This document shows positions 40,589-49,206 of a stretch of 64,000 bases of DNA, in pieces. Position numbers and translations under genes: made by a program. Position 1 is the first letter of the stretch. Each line of letters begins with the position of its first letter. The stretch is from an uncultured Clostridia bacterium (GTDB taxonomy: Bacteria > Bacillota > Clostridia > Christensenellales > UBA1242): positions 5,414 through 69,413 of the forward strand of contig CALWRN010000068.1 in assembly GCA_944383975.1 (NCBI GenBank). Reading direction: 5' to 3'. The notes under the pieces are model-generated. The model saw only the letters and a program-made list of their open reading frames with translations, searched no databases and had not been told where the DNA came from.

Positions 40589-40813
40589 ATGGCAAAAATA
40601 GGAAAAGATTATTTTGGATGGAACAGAATATTAAGCATAATATTAGCAATCATTCCAGTTACAGCACTTATTTTAGGTTTTGTTACAAGACTTGCTGAAG
40701 GAAAAATTGTTGCAGCATTATTGCGCTTGATTTTAGGATGGAACATTATTTGGATTGTAGATCTTGTTCTAATGATATTAAATGGAAGAATTATGCGCCT
40801 ATTGAATGTCTAA
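40589..40813 (+). CDS. Small two-TM membrane protein
   Basis: 74 aa from the ATG after AAGGAGGG. The track's upstream TTG at 40559 is rejected. Confidence 0.55.
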   Translation: MAKIGKDYFGWNRILSIILAIIPVTALILGFVTRLAEGKIVAALLRLILGWNIIWIVDLVLMILNGRIMRLLNV

Positions 40814-40821
40814 CATTCTTT

Positions 40822-40856
40822 AAAAAACACTTAAATTTAAGTGTTTTTTATTTTTT
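40822..40856 (+). terminator. Rho-independent terminator (first of a tandem pair)
   Basis: acactta (40827-40833) pairs with taagtgt (40838-40844), followed by a T-run. Confidence 0.65.
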
Positions 40857-40865
40857 AGCACACAA

Positions 40866-40900
40866 ATAAAGCATACATAACAAATATGCTTTATTTTTTT
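40866..40900 (+). terminator. Second tandem terminator
   Basis: aaagcata (40868-40875) pairs with tatgcttt (40885-40892), followed by T7. Confidence 0.6.
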
Positions 40901-40951
40901 GATATTTGACAATATTTTTTACTTTTGAAATGAAAAAGTAAGAATAAATAT

Positions 40952-40979
40952 TTGACTAAAATTAAAAAATGTTTATAAT
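40952..40979 (+). promoter_or_regulatory. Sigma-A-type promoter for the secG-rnr-smpB-ssrA region
   Basis: TTGACT (40952-40957), 16 nt spacer, TATAAT (40974-40979). Confidence 0.45.
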
Positions 40980-41068
40980 TTATAAAGTGTGATAAATATT
41001 CTTAAATCATCTTAAGGTATTGTATTTGCAATAGATTTATGTTATAATCTATCTTAAAGAGAGGTTTT

Positions 41069-41302
41069 ATGAAAAGTTTGTTGTTAAATTGGTTTGATGA
41101 TTGGGGAATGTCAATCAGAGAAGGACTTGGAGAAACAGGATTAATTATTTTAATTGTATTGTTCTCATTTTGCGCTCTATTCTTGTTACAAAATATTATT
41201 AGAGCATCAATCAATAAAACAAAAATTAAAGTAAAATGGGGACAACTTTTCTTTTTAGTAATTTTTGTATTGTTTATAATTTGGTTCTGTTTTCTTATTT
41301 AA
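41069..41302 (+). CDS. Small membrane protein
   Basis: 77 aa with two TM segments and RBS AGAGAGG upstream. Confidence 0.5.
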   Translation: MKSLLLNWFDDWGMSIREGLGETGLIILIVLFSFCALFLLQNIIRASINKTKIKVKWGQLFFLVIFVLFIIWFCFLI

Positions 41303-41318
41303 TTAAAAAGGAGAATAT

Positions 41319-41645
41319 ATGATTAACTTTGTTTCAACTTTATTAGAGGGAAATGGCGAACTTGCACCTGATTTTTGGACAACCTTTTTACCAATTTTGC
41401 GTTATATTCTTTTTGGAATTATTGTAGTTTGTGCAATTGTTATGATTATCACTACTTTAATGCAAGCAAATGATTCTAATAATGGACTTGATGCGTTTAC
41501 AGGGAATAGTCAAGAAAGTTATTATTCACAAAATAAAGGTGCTTCCCGTGATGCCATATTAAAAAGAATTACAATTTCTATGGCTGTTATTATTTTTGTT
41601 TGTATTATAATATTCTTTGTAACTGAAATATTTATTAGTAAATAA
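41319..41645 (+). CDS. secG: Preprotein translocase subunit SecG (with N-terminal extension)
   Basis: Two TM segments flank TLMQANDSNNGLDAFTG...KGASRDAILKRITISMAVIIFV, which parallels Bacillus SecG. The conserved secG-rnr-smpB-ssrA order supports the call. Confidence 0.7.
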   Translation: MINFVSTLLEGNGELAPDFWTTFLPILRYILFGIIVVCAIVMIITTLMQANDSNNGLDAFTGNSQESYYSQNKGASRDAILKRITISMAVIIFVCIIIFFVTEIFISK

Positions 41646-41664
41646 TTATAAGGGGTAATTATAG

Positions 41665-43764
41665 ATGCAGGCAAAACAAAAAATTTTAGATTTGTTGTCA
41701 AAAGATAGTTTAGCTTTTTCAGGGCTAGACAATCTTTTTTATTTTATATCATCTACATATTCAATAAGTGTAGATGAAGTTAAACGTGATTTTTATAGAT
41801 TAATCAAAGAAGGATTAATATATGAGGTAAGAAAGGGGAAATATATCACAATTCCATCTCATGGTTATATAAGAGGTTCTTTTATAGGAAATTCAAAAGG
41901 ATATGGATTTTGTCAAATAGACAACTCAGAGAAGGAAGATGTTTTTATTCCAGCATCTGCCACAATGAATGCAATTGATGGAGATAGAGTTATTGTTAAA
42001 CTTTTATCAGAAAGTGCAGAAGGAACTGATGGACAAATTGTTTCTATTTTTAAACCAATTCAATATGTTGCAGGTGTTGTTGTAAAGATCAATAAGGTTA
42101 ATTTTTTAGACCCAGATAATAACCATATACCTTTTAAAATAAGAATTATTGGTGGAAATGTAAAATATCAACAAAACGATAGAGTTGTTGTAAAAGTTAA
42201 TCGCAGTAAAACTTCGCTTGTAACAGGAACAGTAACTGAAGTTTTAGGTAAGAGTGATGATGTTAAAGCGTGTGAACTTGCAATTATAAGAGATCATCAA
42301 CTTTATGAAACCTTTTCAGATGAAGTTTTAAATGAAGTTAAAAAAATACCTAACAAGGTTATGCCTAATCAATTAAAAAACAGAGTTGATTTAACTTCAA
42401 AAGTTGTATTTACGATTGATGGTGAAGATGCAAAAGATTTAGATGATGCTGTGTCAATTGAAAGAACAGATGATGGTGGATATATATTAGGGGTTCACAT
42501 TGCAGATGTAGGCGAATATGTCAGATATGACACTGCACTTGATGATGAAGCTTATGATAGGGGAACAAGTGTATATTTTCCAACATCTGTTTTACCGATG
42601 CTTCCAAAAGAGCTTTCAAATGGGATTTGTTCTTTAAACGAAGGTGAGATAAGGCTTACTTTAACCTGTGAAATGGTATTGGATAAAGATGGAAATGTTA
42701 AATCTCATAAGATTTACGAAAGTTATATTAAAAGCAAAGCAAGACTTAACTATACAAATGTTTATAAAGTGCTTTGTGGACAACCTGCAGATGAAAAACA
42801 TGAATCTGTCAAGGAAGAATTGAAAATAATGCATGAATTATCACTAAAAGTTCAAGCAAAGAATAAATTGATGGGATCATTAGATTTTGAAATTCCAGAA
42901 GTTCAATTTATTTTTGATGAAAAAGGAATGGCTGTTGATTTTGCAAAAAGAGAAAGAAATGATGCTCATCGTTTGATTGAAGACTTTATGATTCTTGCAA
43001 ACCAAACAGTTGCAAAAGACTTTAGTGATAGAAAAATACCTTTTGTTTATCGTGTCCATGAAAGCCCAAGAAAAGAAAAAGTTATTGCAGTAAGAGAATA
43101 TTTAATGGGGCTTGGTGTTAAAGTTCCTGCAATACCAGAGGTTATTACGCCAGAATACTATCAAGAATTGATAAGTTTAACAAGTGGTCAAGCGTTCACA
43201 GAAACTGTCAATAAAGTTATTTTGCGTTCAATGCAAAAAGCGAGATATACCAATCAATGTTTAGGGCATTTTGGTCTTGCACTTAAATATTATTGTCATT
43301 TTACATCCCCAATAAGAAGATATCCAGACTTAACTATTCACAGAATAATAAAAGAAACCCTTCGCAAAAAGACTCTTTCAGGGCATAGAATTGCAGAACT
43401 TGAAGATTTTACATTTGAAGCAGGAGAGCAATCAAGTTTGACTGAAAAAAATGCAGACAAAACTGAAAGGGAAGTGGACGATTTATGGAAAGCATATTTA
43501 ATGAAAGATAAACTTGGCGAAGAATTTGAAGGAGTTATTTCTTCAGTTACAAACTTTGGCATTTTTGTAGAACTTGAAAACACAGTTGAAGGCTTAATAA
43601 AAGTTGAAGACTTGCCTGATAGCGGATTCTTGTTGTTTGAAAAACAATTAAAGTTGAAAGGACAAAAAATGTCTTTCTCTGTGGGAGATAAAGTTGTTGT
43701 AAAACTTGTATCAGCAAATATTTATACAAGAAAGATAGATTTCTCTTTTGAGAGATTTGCTTAA
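41665..43764 (+). CDS. rnr: Ribonuclease R
   Basis: RNB core FTIDGEDAKDLDDAVS, HFGLALKYYCHFTSPIRRYPDL, and a C-terminal S1 domain (FEGVISSVTNFGIFVEL). Confidence 0.95.
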   Translation: MQAKQKILDLLSKDSLAFSGLDNLFYFISSTYSISVDEVKRDFYRLIKEGLIYEVRKGKYITIPSHGYIRGSFIGNSKGYGFCQIDNSEKEDVFIPASATMNAIDGDRVIVKLLSESAEGTDGQIVSIFKPIQYVAGVVVKINKVNFLDPDNNHIPFKIRIIGGNVKYQQNDRVVVKVNRSKTSLVTGTVTEVLGKSDDVKACELAIIRDHQLYETFSDEVLNEVKKIPNKVMPNQLKNRVDLTSKVVFTIDGEDAKDLDDAVSIERTDDGGYILGVHIADVGEYVRYDTALDDEAYDRGTSVYFPTSVLPMLPKELSNGICSLNEGEIRLTLTCEMVLDKDGNVKSHKIYESYIKSKARLNYTNVYKVLCGQPADEKHESVKEELKIMHELSLKVQAKNKLMGSLDFEIPEVQFIFDEKGMAVDFAKRERNDAHRLIEDFMILANQTVAKDFSDRKIPFVYRVHESPRKEKVIAVREYLMGLGVKVPAIPEVITPEYYQELISLTSGQAFTETVNKVILRSMQKARYTNQCLGHFGLALKYYCHFTSPIRRYPDLTIHRIIKETLRKKTLSGHRIAELEDFTFEAGEQSSLTEKNADKTEREVDDLWKAYLMKDKLGEEFEGVISSVTNFGIFVELENTVEGLIKVEDLPDSGFLLFEKQLKLKGQKMSFSVGDKVVVKLVSANIYTRKIDFSFERFA

Positions 43765-43771
43765 AAAATAA

Positions 43772-43816
43772 AAAGCGTGCAATTTGTTTAAACTTAGATT
43801 TGCACGCTTTATTTTA
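43772..43816 (+). terminator. Rho-independent terminator after rnr
   Basis: aaagcgtgcaa (43772-43782) pairs with ttgcacgcttt (43800-43810), followed by a T-rich tail. Confidence 0.75.
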
Positions 43817-44033
43817 CTTGATTTTGAATATAATAATATATATAATGTTAATAAATATATCTATTTAATATTCGTTTTATATGTTTATTTTTAAAATTTT
43901 ACTATAAATTTGATAAAAAAGTGCTTTTTTAGGGTTTTTTTATTAAAAATAACCATTTTTTTTGATGTTTTATTAAAAATTTTCATATAAGGTATTGAAA
44001 AATGACAAAATCAGTGTTATAATAGGAGGCGAG

Positions 44034-44477
44034 ATGAGGATAATAACTAATAATAAAAAAGCTTTTCATAACTTCTTCATTTCAGATTTGCTTGAAGCTG
44101 GAATTGAACTTAAAGGAAGCGAAATAAAATCAGTTAGTAGTGGTAAAATAAGTTTAAGTGATAGTTTCGTTGTTATTAAAAACGGAGAGGCTATACTTAA
44201 AAATTGTTATATCGCTCCTTATGATAATTCTTCGCAACTTGATAGTGAAACAAAGCGTTCAAGAAAATTGCTTTTACATAAAGAACAAATCTTTAAGTTA
44301 GAGCGTAAAATAATGGAGAAAGGTTATTCCATTGTTCCAACCAAAGTTTATTTCCAAAAAAATAAGGTAAAGGTTGAAATCGGACTAGCTAAAGGTAAAA
44401 AACTTTATGATAAAAGACAAGTCCTGAAGGATAAGGCTGTCCAAAGGGACATTGATCGTGTGCTTAAAAGTTACTAG
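44034..44477 (+). CDS. smpB: SsrA-binding protein SmpB
   Basis: NKKAFHNFFI..LEAGIELKGSEIKS and KLLLHKEQI...KGYSIVPTKVYF. The ATG at 44034 follows AGGAGG; the track's TTG at 43995 is rejected. Confidence 0.93.
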   Translation: MRIITNNKKAFHNFFISDLLEAGIELKGSEIKSVSSGKISLSDSFVVIKNGEAILKNCYIAPYDNSSQLDSETKRSRKLLLHKEQIFKLERKIMEKGYSIVPTKVYFQKNKVKVEIGLAKGKKLYDKRQVLKDKAVQRDIDRVLKSY

Positions 44478-44488
44478 CCCGCTCTTAT

Positions 44489-44889
44489 GGGGGCGTTACT
44501 GGTTTCGACGGGGAGCATTGGTCAAAATGTAAAGCATGTGGTGTGCCCGCACCTTAACTAAGGCATTTGCAAATAAACGCAAACGAAAACAAAGTTGTTC
44601 GTATGGACAATGCAAGCTTAGCTTACGCTGCCTAACCGAACAAAAACAATTTGGTTAAACTAATTTAACCTGCTCTTGTTGCAATCTCGCTAAGTTGCTT
44701 TAAGGGTATCAGACAAATAGCGCTCTGCATTCACAAATTTGTCTTTATAGTGTTTGTAAAAATTAAAAGGCTGGCTAATAAAAGTTGTTTATGGCTTAAT
44801 TATTAGTGAGAAATAAGTATAAACTAAACATGTAGAAAAGTTTTGAACAAGTTTTTCGGAAGTGGGTTCAAATCCCACCGTCTCCACCA
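44489..44889 (+). ncRNA. ssrA: tmRNA (ssrA)
   Basis: The 5' GGGGGCG pairs with the 3' CGTCTCC-A-CCA (G3-U70 alanine identity). The T-arm-like GGGTTCAAATCCC is present. The tag ORF GCA AAC GAA AAC AAA GTT GTT CGT ATG GAC AAT GCA AGC TTA GCT TAC GCT GCC TAA encodes ANENKVVRMDNASLAYAA. It starts 12 nt after smpB. Confidence 0.93.
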
Positions 44890-44952
44890 CAATTACATAC
44901 GATTAATTTTACATAAGCCAAAAAAAAATTTTATAAAAGGATGTGAAAATTT

Positions 44953-46110
44953 ATGACAAGTTCAGTAATTATTACAATTGTTGTTGTGCTTGGAATTATC
45001 GTTGCAGGAGGATTTCTTCTTTACTTTATTGGCGATTTGTTAATGAGCTTATCAAACAAAGGTAAAGATAGCGAAGCAGTTAAAAATGCACAATTGAAGA
45101 AACAAAAGGAATTAGAGTCAAGAGTTAAAGCTCTTGAAAATAATCAAGGAAAAGATAATCAAACAACTATTCTTTATAATGGAGCAGTTGTAGAAAGCTA
45201 CAATCCAGAAGAGGAAAACAAAGAGACAGAACCAGTTGAAGAGCCTGTTGTTGCAGAAGAACCTGCAAAAGAAGAGGCTACAGAAGAAAAAACTGAGGAA
45301 CCTGTAGAAGAACCTGTAGAGGAAGAAAAGACTGAGGAAACTACAGAAGAAACAACAGAAGAAGATGAAGATGAAGCTTCTGAATATATAAGACAACGCA
45401 GACAAGAACTTATGGAAAGACTTGCAAGAATGCAATCTGCCGAAGAAGAGGAAGAAGAAACTGAAACTGAAGAAGATAATTCAGTTGATGTTACTGAAGA
45501 AGCAGAAGAACCTGCAGAAGAAGAAAAGACTGAGGAAACTACAGAAGAGACAACAGAAGAAGAAAAACCTGCTGATGTTGTTGCTGATAGTAAATTTGAA
45601 GAAGCAAAAGTTAGCGATGAGGAAGGCAAAAATAATCTTGCAAATACAATGACTCTTGAAGAACTTGAGGCAAAACTTGCAGAAGAACAAGACAGACTTA
45701 AGGCTAACGAAAAAGAACTTCGTCAATGCAAAAAAGAATTCCTTCCACTTCGTAGAGTAAAGAGAACTCTTGAAAATGATGAAAAGAAACTTCGTAGAAA
45801 GGAAGCTCTTGTTGCTAAACAAAAAGTTGTTCTTTATGGTGTTAATAATTATGCCGATATAGATGAAGAAAAGGCTAAAAAATTGGCTGAAGATCTTGAT
45901 CTTCTTGACGGACTTAAACTTTCTGTTCAACACTGCGAAGAAGTTATGAGCAAGAACGAAGAAAGATATCCATTACTTGAAAAGATCTACAATTTACTTA
46001 CATCTCAAAATGCAGAAATAAAAGGTGATATTAAAAATCTTCAAGAAGCTATAGAAGAACTCAAATCATCAAATGCAGATGATGCAACAGAAGGAACTGA
46101 TGCAGAATAA
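44953..46110 (+). CDS. Membrane-anchored, highly acidic repeat / coiled-coil protein
   Basis: N-terminal TM (VIITIVVVLGIIVAGGFLLYFIG), a Glu/Thr/Pro-rich region with a duplicated EEKTEETTEETTEE unit, and a C-terminal heptad-like segment. Confidence 0.7.
   Translation: MTSSVIITIVVVLGIIVAGGFLLYFIGDLLMSLSNKGKDSEAVKNAQLKKQKELESRVKALENNQGKDNQTTILYNGAVVESYNPEEENKETEPVEEPVVAEEPAKEEATEEKTEEPVEEPVEEEKTEETTEETTEEDEDEASEYIRQRRQELMERLARMQSAEEEEEETETEEDNSVDVTEEAEEPAEEEKTEETTEETTEEEKPADVVADSKFEEAKVSDEEGKNNLANTMTLEELEAKLAEEQDRLKANEKELRQCKKEFLPLRRVKRTLENDEKKLRRKEALVAKQKVVLYGVNNYADIDEEKAKKLAEDLDLLDGLKLSVQHCEEVMSKNEERYPLLEKIYNLLTSQNAEIKGDIKNLQEAIEELKSSNADDATEGTDAE
45322..45365 (+). repeat. Direct repeat copy 1 (44 bp) inside the acidic protein gene
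   Basis: gaagaaaagactgaggaaactacagaagaaacaacagaagaaga recurs at 45520-45563 with one mismatch. Confidence 0.9.
45520..45563 (+). repeat. Direct repeat copy 2 (44 bp)
   Basis: gaagaaaagactgaggaaactacagaagagacaacagaagaaga. Confidence 0.9.
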
Positions 46111-46195
46111 TCAAAGTGTAATGTTATTTGAAGGTTTGAACTAAGAATAGTTTTGTGCTTTGAAAGGACTAAGATTAATTTTCACTGTTTATATA

Positions 46196-46226
46196 AAAAA
46201 ATCACAGGATTTCCTGTGATTTTTTG
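46196..46226 (+). terminator. Rho-independent terminator upstream of cassette copy 2
   Basis: atcacag pairs with ctgtgat (46201-46220), followed by TTTTT. Confidence 0.75.
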
Positions 46227-46244
46227 TTTATATTTATTTTTATA

Positions 46245-46272
46245 TTGATTTTATTTATAGTTTAGGTATAAT
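46245..46272 (+). promoter_or_regulatory. Sigma-A-type promoter of cassette copy 2
   Basis: TTGATT (46245-46250), 16 nt spacer, TATAAT (46267-46272). Confidence 0.5.
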
Positions 46273-46289
46273 AATAACAAAGAGGAAGT

Positions 46290-47609
46290 ATGGGAAGAAT
46301 AGTAGAAGAGGATAGCAGTTCTTTAAAAGCCAAGGTGTTAAGTTTTCTAAGCCATCGTAATAAAAATGGGAAAAGATTTATAGAGTCAACACGCTGGGAG
46401 AACCCAGATTATGGCTGTCAGTTTGTTGATGATTCAGCATATATTTATTGTTTAGTTTCTCCTAAAGAGCCTATATCTATGCCAAGAGAAGAGGTTAAAG
46501 GAAGATTTACTGCAAGGGAAGGAAGAGCAAGCAAGGATTTAAACTTAAAATTTTATAGGCATGGTAAAGATGAAAAAAATTTATATGTAGAATGTTATTT
46601 GACAAATCCTCAAGATGAAGATTCACCCCATATTATAAAAGAAATTTATTCTTTTGTTTCAATTATGGTAACAGACAATGCAGATGAAATTGTTCAATTA
46701 CAAAGATATGATATAAGTGGAAGAATACACGAAAATAGGATAATAAACGATTTAATACAAAATGATTCAATTTCAGAAGAAGAAAGCTCTTTAATTAATC
46801 AATATTTTGGGCAAAAAGTGGACTTCCCTCATTTTCATTTTACGAGTGTAACATATCAAGATAAGTTGTCAATCAGTTTGAATAATTTAATACATTACAT
46901 ATTAGATTTAATGGACGCTGATGAAAAAAGTGATATAAATAAGTATTCTTTAGGTTTACCATTTTTGAAAATTAAGCAAATGAGCAAACATTCTTCAATA
47001 GATATGAGAAATTTCGTAAATGATGTACATGAAAAATTAAATAATTTAGCAAGCAAATATAGTGGAAATGTTGAAAAAAGTATAATTCATAAGATTAATA
47101 GGATTATTAATTCACTTAATTTGACAAATCTAACCGGAAGCTCTATTGAACAATGTCTTGTTAAACTGGTAATTTTAAAAATATTAAGCGACACAACAGG
47201 TGATGCAAAAGCGTTTGATAGCTTGTTTAATAGTTCTAATGGAGGTCCATCAGGTGGTGGAGGCTCATCTAGCGGAAGTTCATCTGGCGGAGATGATAAA
47301 GATCATTCAAGCGAAAGCAGCTCAGGAGATGGCGATAATAGTGATAAATTTTCAATTAAAAGTTTTGTTGATGAATTGTATTATTTGCAAATGGAGATTG
47401 CAAATGAACTGTTAAGTGGTTTAGACTTTGAAAAAACTTTGGATTATGATACAAATTCTAAAAAGAACAAGAATACAAATGATAATGGTCAACATAAAGA
47501 CGATACAAAATCTTCAAAAAATAATAAAGACAAAAAACATAATGATAACAAAGAAAAAACTAAAGACAAAGAGAATATAAATGATAACGATAATGGCAGG
47601 GAGTTGTAA
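46290..47609 (+). CDS. Uncharacterised large protein with the PHFHF core (cassette copy 2)
   Basis: 439 aa with RBS AAGAGGAAG. The core LQRYDISGRIHENR..FGQKVDFPHFHF (PHFHF at 46827-46841) and LGLPFLKIK are shared with the ORF at 25850. It also has a Gly/Ser-rich linker and a Lys/Asn/Asp-rich tail. Confidence 0.75.
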   Translation: MGRIVEEDSSSLKAKVLSFLSHRNKNGKRFIESTRWENPDYGCQFVDDSAYIYCLVSPKEPISMPREEVKGRFTAREGRASKDLNLKFYRHGKDEKNLYVECYLTNPQDEDSPHIIKEIYSFVSIMVTDNADEIVQLQRYDISGRIHENRIINDLIQNDSISEEESSLINQYFGQKVDFPHFHFTSVTYQDKLSISLNNLIHYILDLMDADEKSDINKYSLGLPFLKIKQMSKHSSIDMRNFVNDVHEKLNNLASKYSGNVEKSIIHKINRIINSLNLTNLTGSSIEQCLVKLVILKILSDTTGDAKAFDSLFNSSNGGPSGGGGSSSGSSSGGDDKDHSSESSSGDGDNSDKFSIKSFVDELYYLQMEIANELLSGLDFEKTLDYDTNSKKNKNTNDNGQHKDDTKSSKNNKDKKHNDNKEKTKDKENINDNDNGREL

Positions 47610-47959
47610 TGTTAGAAATTGATAAATTGAAAAATGTTTTTATTAAAAACAATGTTTCTTTTTCGGAAGATGAAAATGAATTGGTTTTAGAATATCCTTA
47701 TTTAATTGCTGATAAAACTAACTTGGTTTTAAAAATAAAAACTGCTGAAAAAATGGTTGAAATTTCAGATGATGGCGTGTTTTTGAATTTACATAACAAT
47801 ATTTCTGAAAAAAGTTTAAAAATTTTTAAAAAAAATAATATTGTAGTTTTAAATGGTGTTTTAAATTATAAATGCAAATTAGATTTGGCATATTTTGAAA
47901 TTGAAAAATTTGTTCAGTCTATTACTGAAGCAGATTTGATAGAAAATGGAGATTTATAA
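47609..47959 (+). CDS. Small acidic partner protein 1, DUF1828-like (cassette copy 2)
   Basis: 116 aa with a TAATG overlap onto the upstream gene. The pattern MVEISDDGVFLNL...IVVLNGVLNYK...FEIEKFVQSI resembles DUF1828. Confidence 0.7.
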   Translation: MLEIDKLKNVFIKNNVSFSEDENELVLEYPYLIADKTNLVLKIKTAEKMVEISDDGVFLNLHNNISEKSLKIFKKNNIVVLNGVLNYKCKLDLAYFEIEKFVQSITEADLIENGDL

Positions 47960-48342
47960 TGGAAATTAAGGAATTAAAACAAAAATTAGATGATTTAGGA
48001 TTTAATGTTATAGATATACAAAATGACTATCTACAACTTTGTTTCAATGTAGGTTCAAGACTTGAAAATAGTTTGATAGGTATAATTTTTTATAAGAAAA
48101 ACGACAATATTTTCATGACAGATGACTATTTTTTTGTTGATATTTGGGCTGGCGATGATGATATTGTTAATTATGAACCTATAAAAAAGATAAAAGAATT
48201 TGCGTCTAAATATAATATTGATTTTGATTACAAGTTAGAAAAGAAATTAGATATAGAAGGTGACTTAAAAAGACAAATAGAAGATTTTTTTAAAGTTGAA
48301 ATGTATGCTGATATCGTTTTATCAGAGTGTAAAAACAAATAA
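47959..48342 (+). CDS. Small acidic partner protein 2, DUF1828-like (cassette copy 2)
   Basis: 127 aa with a TAATG overlap onto the upstream gene. The pattern NIFMTDDYFFVDI...KYNIDFDYKLEKKL...IEDFFKVEMYADIVL has the same layout as the two other small proteins. Confidence 0.7.
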   Translation: MEIKELKQKLDDLGFNVIDIQNDYLQLCFNVGSRLENSLIGIIFYKKNDNIFMTDDYFFVDIWAGDDDIVNYEPIKKIKEFASKYNIDFDYKLEKKLDIEGDLKRQIEDFFKVEMYADIVLSECKNK

Positions 48343-48368
48343 AAGACAACAATAAGTTGTCTTTTTTT
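48342..48368. terminator. Bidirectional terminator (cassette copy 2 / ung)
   Basis: aaagacaac (48342-48350) pairs with gttgtcttt (48356-48364), followed by a T-run. Confidence 0.75.
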
Positions 48369-48387
48369 ATAAAAATATAATATTATG

Positions 48388-49047
48388 TTATCTCCAATCA
48401 ATTGGTTCTTCATTATTTTGTTTTAAAAATTCGTTACATTTTGAAAAGTGTTTGCACCCAAAGAAGCCTCTATATGCTGAAAGTGGACTTGGGTGAGGGG
48501 CTTTTAATACCAAGTGTTGTGGACCTATCAGATTTTCATAACTTTGTGCATAAGATCCCCAAAGAAGAAATACTATTGGTTTTTCTCTTTTTCCTATTAG
48601 TTCTATTATTTTTCTTGTTAATATTTCCCAACCTTTGTCTTTATGAGAATTTGCTTGACCTCGTCTTACTGTTAAAACGGTGTTAAGAAGTAACACTCCT
48701 TGGTTTGCCCATCTTTCAAGATTGCCGTTGTTATAACATTTTATTCCTAAATCACTTTCAATTTCTTTCATCATATTGACAAGAGATGGTGGAATTTCAA
48801 TATTTTCTGGGACTGAAAAAGACATACCTTGAGCTTGTCCAGGTTCGTGATATGGGTCTTGTCCTATAATTACCACTTTAATTTTATCATAAGGAACATG
48901 ATTTAGTGCATTAAATATTTTATCTTCAGGTGGATATATTTCATATTTAGAATATTCAACTTTTAAAAACTCTTGCAATTTTTTAAAATAATCTTTTTGA
49001 AACTCATCTTTTAATAAATCATACCAACTTTTTCTTATTTTTATCAT
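48388..49047 (-). CDS. ung: Uracil-DNA glycosylase (family 1)
   Basis: VIIGQDPYH, LLLNTVLTV, APHPSPLSA. Confidence 0.95.
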   Translation of the reverse strand: MIKIRKSWYDLLKDEFQKDYFKKLQEFLKVEYSKYEIYPPEDKIFNALNHVPYDKIKVVIIGQDPYHEPGQAQGMSFSVPENIEIPPSLVNMMKEIESDLGIKCYNNGNLERWANQGVLLLNTVLTVRRGQANSHKDKGWEILTRKIIELIGKREKPIVFLLWGSYAQSYENLIGPQHLVLKAPHPSPLSAYRGFFGCKHFSKCNEFLKQNNEEPIDWR

Positions 49048-49107
49048 AATTTTATTATATTAAAAATTAGAAGAATGGTCAAATGAAATATAGTTTAATA
49101 TTAAATG

Positions 49108-49145
49108 AATAAAAAATAAAAGGGCTTCAAAAGCGAATCCCTTTT
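49108..49145 (-). terminator. Probable terminator of the NifU-like/GGGtGRT operon
   Basis: On the minus strand aaaggg...cccttt forms a hairpin followed by TTTATTTTTT. Confidence 0.45.
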
Positions 49146-49206
49146 ATAAATCTTTATTTTTATAATTTAATTTTTTGTTAATTTTATAACAAGCTTTTAT
49201 AAGCTT

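Noticed and set aside
43995-44023. A near-consensus TTGAAA-17-TATAAT motif as a promoter immediately upstream of smpB.
   Set aside because: A transcript from it would start at about 44030, downstream of the AGGAGG RBS (44024-44029), leaving smpB without its Shine-Dalgarno. This makes it doubtful as the main promoter, so it is not listed as a feature.
45198-45629. A 143 aa Ser-rich ORF, plus other ORFs (45118-45435, 45481-45933, 45422-45652), overlapping the acidic-protein gene.
   Set aside because: They are antisense or off-frame shadows of a GAA/GAG-rich coding strand (TTC/CTC read as Ser/Phe/Leu). They have no RBS, and the sense ORF has a TM anchor and a proper start context.
47200-47415. 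A 71 aa ORF in an alternative frame inside the Gly/Ser-rich region of the cassette-2 large protein.
   Set aside because: It is an off-frame reading of a low-complexity GGT/AGC-rich segment, with no RBS. The main frame is supported by homology to the 25850 paralogue.
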